NCBI GenBank assembly: GCA_026025795.1
Contig: JAPEUG010000003.1
Span: 62,001 to 126,000 of the forward strand
Origin: Thelocarpon superellum
Taxonomy: Eukaryota
DNA: 64,000 bases
Direction: 5' to 3'
The notes under the pieces are model-generated. The model worked only from the letters and a program-made list of their open reading frames with translations, was not told the origin of the DNA and did not search any database. The position numbers and the translations under genes were made by a program. Positions 11,541 through 22,716 of the stretch are shown here, piece by piece. Every line of letters begins with the position of its first letter. Within the stretch, counting starts at the first letter, position 1.

Positions 11541-13717
11541 TCATATCTCCGTCGCTCGCTCCTCTAGAAGCGCCTGTGCCTTCCTGACGACAGGGTCATA
11601 GTGGCACCGTAGCAGCTCCCCCTCCCAAATCGTCGCAGCGGCAGGATTGGCCGCGTCCACGCTACCTCCCAGAGGATCCCACACGCCGTCTCCCTTTCGT
11701 AGGTCTGTATGCCACATTCGCCCAACCAGGCGCTTGTGCCGCGTCGTCAGCGACGCGAGGAGCGTGAGTAGCGCCGTGGACGTCTTGGCGGGCGTTTGGA
11801 GAGACGTGGTGAGCAGCGTTTTGGTGAAGGCGAGGATCCGCGTTGGGGGTGTGTTGGTGCTCGCTTTGCTGCTGGCCCGGGGTCCGGAAGAGGTGTGAGA
11901 GATGGAGGCAGACAACGGGAGGACGGCACTGCGTAGACACCGTACCAGTAGCGTTGACTGTGTGCTGTGGTTCACTGTCGGTGCATGCCCGCCATCTCCT
12001 TCCCTTCCCCCTACCGTGGTGTTCCCCGACGGATCGGGTAGATGTAATCCGCCGCCCTCGCGCCGCTCCAGGTCCGGATCGAGACAGAGAGGATAGAGCG
12101 TGCGGTAGAGATGCGAGACGAAAAAGGATAGGTCCAGGTTCAGACTCTTGCTGGTCGTGCTGCTTTGGCCCTCCAGTAGCGCAAAGGCGGTGATGGTGCA
12201 GAGGAGGGATTCGCGCGCTGGGTTGCGGTCTGTGCCTGACTCTGACTCCGCCTCGTCCGTTTTTTCCACCTTCGTTTCGCCGGTCTGCTCCTCTTCCTCG
12301 CCATGCTCCGCCTCCGAACGACGGATTAGATCCTTCAGTGCCTCCAGCAAGTCACCAAAAAAATCTTGGTTGATCAGATGCGCGTACTTGGCCAGTCCCT
12401 CAAGGACCGCGCCCATGAGATGCGGAACCCCAGCCTTCAAGGTCCGGAAATACGTCGTGAATACCAACTTGAGCGTCTCTGCCTGCATCCGATCGCGCTC
12501 CTCATGCGACACGGTCGCGTCCGCTTCGCGCATCTCCACCTCCACTGCGCGTCGCTCCTTCTCGAGCTTGCGCTGCTTCTTCGTCCGGAACTCGCGCCCC
12601 TTTTTCCCCAACGCTCCCTTTCCGGTCCGTGGCGTCTCGGCCTTGTCGATGCGGCTGTATGATCCTTTGGACGAGAACTCGGACAGGAGTCGGAGCTGCA
12701 AGAAGGTATTGAGGACGCTTTCGTCCACGCGGTAGTGGCGCGCTTTGATCATCTTGGTCAGCTGTCCCGCTGCGTCCAGTGACGGCGGGCCGTCGTCGTC
12801 GTCCTGGAAGAGCGTTTCGAGCGTCGAGCGACACTTGGTGAAATCCTGGTCGATTCGTCGACCGCCCAATCTGTCCACGAGAATCTGGAGCAGCTCGCCG
12901 CGGAAGTTGAAATGCGGCACCGCCGTCACCAGGGCACAGGCACACGCGATGGCAACGCGCGCCAGAGCCTGGGCATCTTCCGATGATCCCTCTCGTCCGG
13001 CTTTGGACAGACGGGCCAGATCCCGCACGTATCCTTGATATCCCCCCACCAGCGCTTGTTCGTAGGTACGGAGTCGGCGCACGTCTTTGGAGACCTTGAC
13101 AGTCCCATCATCCTCCCCTAGTGGCCGTATTCGATAGCCTGGAATGACGTCTTGGTAGACTGCCAGCTGCGTGGCGAGGGCCAGCTTCTTAATCGTCACG
13201 TTGCTCGACGAGGCGAACTGTGCCAGGCCTCGAAAAGATCCAGCCTGACGGTCAGCGTGATCTCGTCTGGCCAATGCATGTGAATCTGACATACATGCTC
13301 CTCTGGGTCCTCCCTCAGTAGCCCGGCTATCCGGGCCAGCTCCTCCTTGGCCTCGATGATCTGCTGTCGGAGGGGAATCTTAGGTTCCAGCGACTCAGGC
13401 TCGACCGTTTCCACCGCGGCGTCCACATCTGGCAAATCTTCCTCATCCTCGGTATGTTGCACATACACACGTGCCGGCAACCTTGACGGCTCTACTCTCC
13501 CCTCTGCCGTCTTGATGGGTAGTCTCGTATCCTCTTGATCCGACTTTCGCTTCTTGCGCGGTCGTTGCTCGTAATCCTGCTCCAGATCCCAATGTGAGGC
13601 CGAAGGGAGCAAACCACGGTCACTCTCTCCGTCGGGGACCACCGTCGAGATGGAGAAAAGATCGTGGGCATTCTCCGTCGACGGCTTGGGCCGTTTCGCG
13701 GTGGACTTGTTTGCCAT
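11541..13717 (-). CDS. NOC3: Nucleolar complex protein 3 (60S biogenesis, CBF/Mak21 domain), 2 exons
   Basis: WDLEQDYEQRPRK, RLPIKTAEG, AKEELARIA..EDPEEH, intron (gtatgt..ctgac..cag), VYQDVIPGYRIRPL, VPHFNFR, LEGLAKYAHLINQDFFGDLL, IWEGELLRCHYDP. Start codon tentative. Confidence 0.92.
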
Positions 13718-13995
13718 CTGTCTCCCGTGGCGAGTGCAATGGATTTGTATCGCGTCCATAATCAACTTTAGTGGGCGGACGTGACCGGCGGCAGAGCCGA
13801 AGAACTGCTGGCAAAGGCGGTGAGAAGAGGTCGGCTAGCGGCAGAAAAGCAAACTTCTCCCACCACTGCGAGCACGAGGACAATTACTCGTCGACGACCA
13901 ACTTCAATCAAGAGATTCCATTCTCTGCACGAATACTCGTCCTCGTTCCCTGCCCTGCCCTCGGCACTCCAACTCTGAGCTGGGGTCCCGTCGAA

Positions 13996-14658
13996 ATGAG
14001 ACCCCTCACAGAAACCGAGACCCAAACGCTCTTCAGCAAGGTAGCCAACTACACGGGCCGCTCGCTGACGCATCTCATCGACTCGCCCTCGCCCACGCCC
14101 ACCTCGGCCTCGGCCTCCACGTCAGCCTCCACTTCGTCCCCTCCCGACCGCCATGTCTTCCGCATGCACGAATCACGCGTCTATTACGTCCGCCTCTCCA
14201 TCGCCAACCTTGCCACGTCCATCGCGCGCGACAACCTGCTCTCGCTCGGGACCTGCCTGGGCAAATTCACCAAGACGGGCAAGTTCCGGCTTCACATCAC
14301 GGCGCTGGATGTGATCGCGCCCCACGCACGATACAAGGTCTGGGTCAAGCCGAATGGCGAGATGCCGTTTCTCTACGGTGGGCACGTCGTCAAGGCGCAT
14401 GTGGGCCGCTGGAGTGATGATTGTCCGGAGCACCAGGGGGTCGTGGTCTACTCGATGGATGATACACCGCTAGGCTTTGGCGTCACCGCACGTTCGACGG
14501 CCGAGGCGCGGAAGTTGGAGCCGACGGGGATCACGACTTTCAGACAGGCGGATGTCGGCGAGTATCTACGTGAGGTGAGAGCGGATCCTTGGCTACGCCC
14601 GTGGCTGCCGGACCGCCGTGCTGACTCGTCTCAGGAGGATACGCTCTTCGTAACCTGA
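13996..14658 (+). CDS. NIP7: 60S ribosome subunit biogenesis protein Nip7 (PUA domain), intron 14575-14634
   Basis: MRPLTETETQTLFSKVANYTG, LGTCLGKFTKTGKFRLHITALD, KVWVKPNGEMPFLYGGHVVKAH, QADVGEYLRE/EDTLF. Confidence 0.96.
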   Translation: MRPLTETETQTLFSKVANYTGRSLTHLIDSPSPTPTSASASTSASTSSPPDRHVFRMHESRVYYVRLSIANLATSIARDNLLSLGTCLGKFTKTGKFRLHITALDVIAPHARYKVWVKPNGEMPFLYGGHVVKAHVGRWSDDCPEHQGVVVYSMDDTPLGFGVTARSTAEARKLEPTGITTFRQADVGEYLREVRADPWLRPWLPDRRADSSQEDTLFVT

Positions 14659-14745
14659 TGCAGAATGCACCAGGTCGATTCCCGGTCGCCACGTGTCCTC
14701 ACATATGCTGTTGCGGATGCAGGTGCAGGCGGACATGCAAACGCA

Positions 14746-14790
14746 GATGCTGATGCTGATGCTGATGCTGATGCTGATGCTGATGCTGAT
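14746..14790. repeat. (GATGCT)7.5 hexamer repeat
   Basis: Direct reading in the 147-bp gap between the NIP7 and SRP72 stop codons. Confidence 0.92.
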
Positions 14791-14805
14791 CCACTTCCTG
14801 ACACA

Positions 14806-16878
14806 TCATCGCTTCCCACCCTTTTTCTTCTTGCTGCTCTTCGACGATCCACCGCCGCCTCCGCCGCCACCCCCGCCGCTGGCCTTCTCCACCTTGACCG
14901 CGCCGGCCCCTCCCACCAACGGAAGCCGTTCTTCCGACCCCGTCGCACTCACGCCACCCTGCGTCAACGCCGCCGCCCGCATCTTCCCCTTCTTCCCCTT
15001 CGGTCGATACGTCGAGCGGTCGCGCAGGGGCAGCCATCGCTCGGGATCCGGCGCTTTCTGAGGATCGTAGTGCTTGGGCAGTCGAGACTTGCGCACTCGC
15101 TTCTTGCCTCGTTGTTGTTCGTCCGCCGCTGCTCGCTTCTTACTGCCCGTGGTAGACACGGAGGACATCGAGGGAATGCCGGCGTCGAGAAGCGCGGCGA
15201 CGTCGACGCCCGCCGTCAGGCGAGCGACCGGAGTCAACTTGCCGACTTCCGACGCCACCAGGTCGGGCGACGTGGTCGCATTGGCCGCCACATACCCGGC
15301 AATGGCGCCACGATGACCCGCCTCTTGCTGCCGGAGATCGTCAAAGATCTCGGCGGCGGCCTGGTGGTCTTCCGTCTCGCTCGACTCCAGCAACGCGATG
15401 CCGGCGGCGAGCAGCAAAGATGGAGACGCGTGTGCGTTCGCCTTCTCTTTTGACTTGTGCTGCCAGTATGATGCGGCCTTGGCGAGCTCGGACGTGATGT
15501 GTGATCGCCGACCTTGCACTCTGTACAGTGAAACCAGTACGGCAACAAGGCCCGGAGCAAATCGAACGTCTTGATCCGCAGGCGTGCTTGAAGTCTCCAA
15601 TCGCTTGAAGAAGGCCTCGAGGAGAGCAATGGCCGAGCCGTAGTTGTTGTGCACCATGTAGAGCTGAATGGCCGTCAAGAGCAGCCCGACGTCCGCCGGC
15701 CGCTTCGCCAGCTCGGGCAAGATGGCCTTCAACGCCGCCTTGCCGTCTTGGCTGCGCGCATGAGCCGCCGCGTTGACGACCGCGATGCGGTTGACGGCGC
15801 TGGAGGCGGTCGGTGCAGCGTGCGCCGCGATATACTTCGCCGTCGACGCCGCCACGCCGCTGTACTTGAGACAGGACAGGTCCAGCACGTAGCCATTCTG
15901 CCGCAGGAGACGCGACTGATACGCGAACGGCCATGCGGTCTGGGGCAGCGGTGGGGACGAGTGGAAGTGCCGGTGTGCGAGAAAGGGGTTCTTGGCGTGC
16001 GTCGTGGAGATGATGTCGTTGTTCTGCGCAATCTGGCGCGTCGAAAGGTCCGCAATCTCGCCGATGGAGATCCCGGCCCGGACCTGGTCCGCCTCGTCGT
16101 GCTTGCCCAGCCGCGTCAACGTGTACGCGAGCTGGACGGCGATGGGGAGGAGCTCGGCGGCCTTTTCGTCCTCCGCGAGCTCTTCGGACGCGTTGCACAG
16201 GTCTCGTGCCCGTTTCAAGAGAAAGGCGGCTTGTGTGAGCTCTCCCCGAGCGATGTGTCGGCACGCCACGTTGTACACCGTCTCGAAGGCCTCGAGATCT
16301 TCCCGGCTCGCGCCTTGCTTGGGCGCCGCGGACCCCTGGCCCGCCCACTCGAGCTGCGCCACCGTCGCGCTGTGGTTGATCCGGAGCTCGCTCTCCTCGT
16401 GTTGCCCCTCCGCTCCGTGCGCCACGAGACCGGCATAGATATCCGCGGCGCGCGCAAAGTCTTCGAGGCGGTAGGCCTACACGATCAGCCCTGTCCGACT
16501 CGATCTCCCCTGACCCAAGGTAGGCAGACGACTCACCACTTGCGCCTCGACATGCTGCATGCCTCGTCCATGGTCGGCCGAGTGCGACCGCGAGAGTTCC
16601 TCGGCCTCCTCGTATCGTCCCACTTTGTACAAGGCGTAGGCGCTCTCGAGCGGTGTCTGGGTCTTCAATGCCTCTCCGCCCTCCTCCAGCACCTGCAGCG
16701 CGTCCTCGTAGCGTTCGAGCTTCAGCAGGGCCCGGAGCTTGGCCGTCTGAGCCTCCGCGTGGTTCTTGGATTTCTTGAGCACCGCATTGGCCGCCTTCAG
16801 TACCTCTTCGGGGTCGTCGAGGGTGGTGCGACGCAGTTGTGCGGCCAGCGCCTGTGAGGCCGTGTCGGCGGCACCCAT
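14806..16878 (-). CDS. SRP72: Signal recognition particle subunit Srp72, intron 16477-16536
   Basis: TPR N-terminus (ALLKLERYEDA, LESAYALYKVG, HVEAQV/AYRLEDF) and SRP72 RNA-binding motif PDPERWLPLRDRSTYRPKGKK..TQGG; Lys-rich tail. Confidence 0.95.
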
Positions 16879-17641
16879 GACTGCAGGGCAAGGCTTTGCT
16901 AGGGCATCCGGCACGCCATCCGCTTGTCGTATCAGTCGAGACAAAAGAGGGCCATGGTCATGGGTCTCCTTGTCACAGTCCACGTCTGGTCCGCGGGCGT
17001 CCTCCCACCACTGATCGTCCAAATTGATGCCGGATTGTGTGCGGAAAGGTCGTGGAGTGCCCCACTACATACGGCACGCGAGATCGGCCAAAGGTGACGT
17101 GAGCATATGTGCCAATCACGCAAGCGTAGCACTCCTGCGCTCGTCTAATCAGACGGGGAACGCCGTGGCCTCAACTCTCCCTCACACACTTTCCATCTCA
17201 TCGGATCAAATCCGCCTGCAGAGCGAGAGGGAGGTTGTCATCCATCCAGGGACGATCCAGAAATGATTCAGGGATGGTTCGAGGAAAAGACACGGGGGCA
17301 CGCCTCATCACGTCGGAAGCTGCCCGAGTCCATCCGTTTCATTGCTTGCTATCGTACACATCGTCGCTGGGAGAGACCCCCCTCCATCGTGCCATCGTTC
17401 CGGGTGACTCGCATGCGGTCGTCTGCGGGGTATCTCCTCGCTGTCCCACCTTCTCATCTGCATTCCGGGACCCCCGTGAATCCTCCTGTGCCAGGCCTCC
17501 ATGCCTCCTATGATTGTCTTATCCGGGTCCTCCTCCGAGGAGCCCTCCTTATCTGTGACGGTACCATCTGGTCAGCTGGTGCGTGCCATGGATCGAGGGA
17601 GCGCTTGACCATACGTGGAATGGGGGGCGCGTGAGCTGGGG

Positions 17642-18253
17642 CTACCAGTCGTCCCAGCTGGCCTCCGATTCTCCCTCCGTCCACTCCGCTTCGTCCTCCC
17701 GAGCCCGAGCTGCGGCCTGGGCCGCCGCCTCGGCCGCCTCGGCCGCCTCAGCCTCCCGCTTCTGCCGCCGCTCCGTCATGATGCGCTCGAGCGTCGGCTC
17801 AGGACATTGCTGTGCCCGCAGCGTATACTGGCGGGTCCTCAGGACGCAATCCCGGCACCACAGGTAGAATCGCATCGCGAGGCGGCGTGACATATCATGC
17901 GGCCCGTCCCACTCAAGCCAGTGCACCAGGTTCTCCCACCCCCGCAGCGCTTCGACGGCCATGGCGATCCAGTGACACTCCAGCAGCGTCTTGTCATCGC
18001 GCCACGATGAGGCGTAGTTGTCCCATGCGCGCTCATTGAAAGGGGCGTCGATGGGGCAGAAGGTGTGACGGTCGGCCGTCATGAACTCAAAGGCGTCGAT
18101 AGCGTGCCCGGCGCGGTCGCCCCAGAGTTGGATGGAGTCAACTTTGACCTGCATGTGACGTGGCAGGCGGTCGTACAGGTCAAGATTCATGTGCCAGGGG
18201 GAGTCTGGCGGGGCATGGTAGTTGCGTCCGCGGTCATCCGTGACGCGGGCCAT
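17642..18253 (-). CDS. Hypothetical protein (~203 aa), single exon
   Basis: ORF from ATG 18253 with GC3-biased codons, Trp-rich helical core and Glu/Ala-rich tail; no named domain recognised. Confidence 0.55.
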   Translation of the reverse strand: MARVTDDRGRNYHAPPDSPWHMNLDLYDRLPRHMQVKVDSIQLWGDRAGHAIDAFEFMTADRHTFCPIDAPFNERAWDNYASSWRDDKTLLECHWIAMAVEALRGWENLVHWLEWDGPHDMSRRLAMRFYLWCRDCVLRTRQYTLRAQQCPEPTLERIMTERRQKREAEAAEAAEAAAQAAARAREDEAEWTEGESEASWDDW

Positions 18254-19703
18254 GCTGGACGACGTCGAGGGAAGAGCGAGGACGAAGAGGAAAGCGCTGC
18301 ACGCGTGGTGGAGACCAGGGCCTCTCCGTTTCGATGATGCTCTTGATCGAGGCAGCTGACGGGCTGGGACAAACAGGTGGAGGAGTGGCAGCACGAGAGA
18401 CCTCGAGGCAAGCGTGATGGAGGAAGCTCAGAGGGTCTGGTGTGGGTCACTGCCCTTCTCGAGGCATGGTACGTACGCTCTGTGCTTGACGGCCGACGAG
18501 CTTCACTACCACGTTCCCAACCCTCGATAGTTGACTCGGGCGGGGCTGGGTCGGCCACCATCACCAAGTTCCAGCACCCGGACTGTGTGGTCTCTACAGC
18601 GCGCAGCGGACAGTGAAGTGCGTGAGCATGATTGCATCGTTGTCTGACCCGTGCTCGCTCCTGGGAAGTCGTATCTCTTGTTGTCGTGCCGAGACACATC
18701 TGGGATGATTTGGACCACGGGCTTCGTTCACTTCCTCATCCAACTGCACCGAGCATTCGAACGCTGGCGTCAGAGCTACAAGCTCCTCGAGAACAAGACG
18801 TGGCGCGAGGTGCCGGTGGGCTCGCGAGTCCTGTTCGGCTACCCGCAGGGAGGCAGCGAGGTGCTATACTACTGTCCAAGAGCGCTAGTAGCGCTCTTGG
18901 ACCCCTACGTTATGTGGAGACCTCCAAGCACTCCAAACGCTCCAGTAACGGAGGGTCCGAAAACGTGGATGTTCTTGAACACCTCTGAAGTTCCTGACAC
19001 ATCTAGCTATTGGTCTATCTTAAACATACGGGCTGGAGCGATTGCTTATTCTCGTGTGGCTTTTTGATGGCTTCCTTTTATTCCCCGATGACCAGTATCT
19101 AGCTAGTTACCAAGCGAGGTCAGTGACAGAATCCGATCAACTAGGCACGTGAGTAAGGCGGAGGATTTGGGCAGTTTGGGTGTTGTAGGCTGCCTCGCAT
19201 TGCCAGAAGGGCGACGCGAACAACACGACTGATCGTGGTGAGAAAGCTAGGCGCGTCACGAAGTTGGCTCACTCACCCTTCTCCCTAGATGTGTCGGAAA
19301 GTCGCCCGACGCCATGACCGGCTTGGAGATGAGCGAGCATGGCAAACTGACAGCGGGTCTGGTGACCGTCGAACGAGCGAGGGGACACATCGGTAGCGAG
19401 TACTGGCAAGGCAAACGGTTTGTTTCAAACCGGGGCTTCAATCGACGAGCAGATTGAAGACGCAGTCCTCGTCCACGTCAGCGAGAGCTTCCTTGCCTCC
19501 TTGCTTACAATCTACATGGCTTCCGTACATATCCCGTTCGTTCCTTTCCTCTCCTTGTGTGTCTCTCCCGTCAATCCCTATCGACTGCTTTCTCGCTCTT
19601 GTCCTTGCTCCATTCTCCATGCGTGCAATACAACGGCCATGCATGAGACATGAAATACATGGACCACGACCGTCTCTGCAAGTGATTTTCGCTGCCTGTA
19701 TTA

Positions 19704-20756
19704 ATGGGTAATCTCACCAGCAAATTGCGTCGAAATCGCCAGTCCTCTGTCCCATCTCCTCGGCAGGCTGCACGGCGATCTGCACACGAGGCAGAGCAAG
19801 GACGATTCTCGGATGAAGAGCTGTATGGCTGGATCAATGACGGGGTAAGTATGCTCCGTGGGTACTTGGACATGATTGAGCGCGAGATGGGAAGGCGTCA
19901 GGAGGCTGCTGGACGTGGGCGTGAACGTCGGAGTCGTACTCGGCCAGTTGGAAATGGACATGGGCGCGGAAATGACCATGGACAGGGACGCGGAAGTGGA
20001 AATGGAAATGGAAATGGAAGAGGACGCGGGCAAAGACGAGCGGCGGCCAGGAACACCTACGACGAGCGAGAACACCACCCTTCCACGCCTCACCCTGTGA
20101 TGGGGGGATACATGACGCGCGGCAGGCTCGATCCCAGGCCATCGGCACACGCAGCATCGCCACGGCCACACCAACCTTCAGGTGCAAATGTAGGCAGCGC
20201 ACAAGGTGCCACGTCCGTCTCGACGCCCTCAACACCCGCGAGCGACGGGCGGCGCCACCACCACCACCGTCGCAGGACCAACGGCGCCTCGTACGCACGG
20301 AAACGTGACCTGGGTTCCTTCCGCCCGCCGATCCCCGGCGTTCCAGCCGCACACCCGGCCTTTCCTTGGCTGGACGAAATGGGCCACGAGGGTCCCTCCG
20401 CGGGTATGGAACACGAGCCTTTTGCTGCGGTCGATGACGAACCAGTTCGACCGCCGGGCTCGATTCCGCCCCTTGCTCGCCCTCCTCATCCCGCGGCCGC
20501 GGGTCTTCCGGCGATGCCGTTGAATGGCCTTAAGCCTGATGGGGGAGGGGGGCGAGGAGAGGAGATGGATCCGAGGATGGACCAAGGAGTAGACGTGGAC
20601 ATGCTCGGCGCTCATCTGGTCCCGCCTCATCGCGGAGGACCCGGCGCGGGAAGCGAGCGTCGCCCGCGAGTCAGCTCCCTTGGGCCGTGTCGCCACGAAC
20701 GCCGCGCTGGGGGTCAAGCGGGAGGGAGCTCAAGGGAGAAACATAGGCGGGGATGA
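19704..20756 (+). CDS. Hypothetical low-complexity protein (MGNxxS N-terminus)
   Basis: 350-codon ATG ORF preceded by a pyrimidine-rich tract; Arg/Gly/Pro-rich; exon structure uncertain (possible gtaagt donor near 19845). Confidence 0.35.
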   Translation: MGNLTSKLRRNRQSSVPSPRQAARRSAHEAEQGRFSDEELYGWINDGVSMLRGYLDMIEREMGRRQEAAGRGRERRSRTRPVGNGHGRGNDHGQGRGSGNGNGNGRGRGQRRAAARNTYDEREHHPSTPHPVMGGYMTRGRLDPRPSAHAASPRPHQPSGANVGSAQGATSVSTPSTPASDGRRHHHHRRRTNGASYARKRDLGSFRPPIPGVPAAHPAFPWLDEMGHEGPSAGMEHEPFAAVDDEPVRPPGSIPPLARPPHPAAAGLPAMPLNGLKPDGGGGRGEEMDPRMDQGVDVDMLGAHLVPPHRGGPGAGSERRPRVSSLGPCRHERRAGGQAGGSSREKHRRG

Positions 20757-21668
20757 GAGTGGGGAGGGGACAGGTGCCGCTGGGACGAACAGCGGTCGTT
20801 ATCCGGCGCCGTTGGGGGCCCATGCTGTTGATGGCGGTGCTCAGGGAGGAACCTGAGGATCTGCACGGCAAAGTGGGTGTGGTACATCGGAGTCTTGTCG
20901 AGAGAATGCGTGTGCTGGTAGACGGAAGGGATGTACCGTGGTGCCTGAATTCCCGCGTCCGTGCTCTCCCTGTAGATCTGACCCTGGAATCCGTCGAAGC
21001 ACGGTTACCCCGCGTCTGGACTTGCGCCATTGTCACTCTTCTCGGTCATGGATTGGCTTGCTCGGTCCTTGAGCGGGGGAGGTCGAGAGATTCTCCCATG
21101 CTCTCCGACCGTGCGGCCAAGGTCAGCAGCCGGCTCTTCCATTTCGGCTGTCGTGCCCCACTCTCTCGCTAGGGCTGGGGCAGATGGCGCCTCGCGTCTA
21201 CCAGAATAAAGGAATTCTCCCTCCCACCAAGATGTGTCAGCCCCTCTCCTAAGCGATGTTCAGTTAAGGTGCGGCCACGCTCTCGGCACCGATCAACGTC
21301 ACAGCGGTAGGGGCAGGACAGGTAGACTAACCAACTGACCCACTACTGACGAACCAGGCAGGCTGCTGGTTTGGCTCGTCGGCGTCGAGAGCCGAAGCTT
21401 TGCGAGAACAGACCGCCTTCACACTCACTCAGGTCACTACTTCCCCAGCGCACACCAGCATGAGCCATTACCTATTATAATGCTCATTGGTCGAAAGATA
21501 TATATCGCAAGCAGATCACGCTCCATTGCTTGTACAGCGTCGATCAGGTCGTCCACCGGAAGACCTCGTATCTGCAAGCCCAGCACATCAATCGGGTCCA
21601 CATTGTCAATTTTGGACCTCTCCACCAAGCCATTGCATGAACCCTTGTCTCAGGCAGCAGACAGCAAG

Positions 21669-22334
21669 ATGGCTCAAAACGAAGGTACGTCCGTTGCATT
21701 CATTGATCCATCCCCAAAGCTGAACCGCCCCGCCCCAGATGCATTCAACGCAGCGCTGTTATCGAACAGCGAATGGGCGTCTCAGACGGCCTCGACGAAG
21801 CCCACGCTGTTCCCGAGCCTCGCGTCCGCGCAGCACCCCACGATCCTATGGATAGGGTGTGCGGACTCGCGGGTGCCTGAGACCACCATCCTCGGTCTGC
21901 CGCCGGGCCAAGTCTTCGTGCACCGCAACATCGCCAACGTGGTCCACCCGGGCGACATCTCGTGTGCCTCGGTGCTGGAATACGGCATCGTGCATCTGAA
22001 GATCAGCCACGTGGTGCTGTGCGGGCACACGAACTGCGGCGGCGCTGCGGCGGCGCTGGCCATCACGACCGACGCCGCCGCGCCGGCCAAGAGCCTCGGC
22101 GTGCTGGACCCCTGGCTTCATCCGCTCCGGGCCCTGCGCGCCCAACATGCGGCCGAGCTGCAGAAGCTCGCTCCAGCGGAGGCTGCCGTGCGTCTCGCGG
22201 AGCTCAACGTCCTGGCGGGCGTGGAGACGCTCAAGGAGAACGTGGCCGTCAAGAACGCCTTGCGCGAGGGAAAGGTCACCCTTCACGGTGTCGTGTATGA
22301 TACCGCGTCGGGACTATTGAGGGTCTTGAGCTAG
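21669..22334 (+). CDS. NCE103: Beta-class carbonic anhydrase, intron 21685-21738
   Basis: ILWIGCADSRVPE, VFVHRNIANVV, VVLCGHTNCGG (CxDxR and HxxC zinc ligands), HGVVYDTASGLL. In-frame upstream ATG at 21480 (see findings). Confidence 0.95.
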   Translation: MAQNEGTSVAFIDPSPKLNRPAPDAFNAALLSNSEWASQTASTKPTLFPSLASAQHPTILWIGCADSRVPETTILGLPPGQVFVHRNIANVVHPGDISCASVLEYGIVHLKISHVVLCGHTNCGGAAAALAITTDAAAPAKSLGVLDPWLHPLRALRAQHAAELQKLAPAEAAVRLAELNVLAGVETLKENVAVKNALREGKVTLHGVVYDTASGLLRVLS

Positions 22335-22716
22335 TCTGTCGCACCCGGGACTTGCCCATCGGATACTGGATATCGGGACTCAAGCGCAGCTAGGACAAGA
22401 AGCAAGCAAGCCAATCTCTTGGAGAGCCAACATAGGTCACGCAGATGACTTGGCGCCAGTCCCACTCTGCCTCCCCTCAGCGGACGATGGTGCATGGGCG
22501 GAACCGAGTAAGAATACACGACAGCGCGTTATCTACCCTCGCTGTCCACAGCGGGATCCCCTCCACAGGCGAGTACGGTACAAGTACAGCTGCTTGCTCG
22601 CAGTACCACGCAGGACGAAAGTAAGCCAGAGGGCGAGAGGTTGAGTCGTACAACAGCCATGGCTCGAAGAGCAACGAATGTGAAGGAGAAAGGGAAAGAA
22701 GACAAGCTGACCAGCG

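Noticed and set aside
15341..16891. 516-aa and 402-aa ORFs overlapping SRP72
   Set aside because: Alternative-frame and antisense artefacts of GC-rich coding DNA; Arg/Gly/Ala-rich with no motifs.
18651..19067. 138-aa plus-strand ORF
   Set aside because: Non-ATG start in the track (first ATG gives ~120 aa) and no recognisable motif; not supportable as a gene, noted only within the orphan island.
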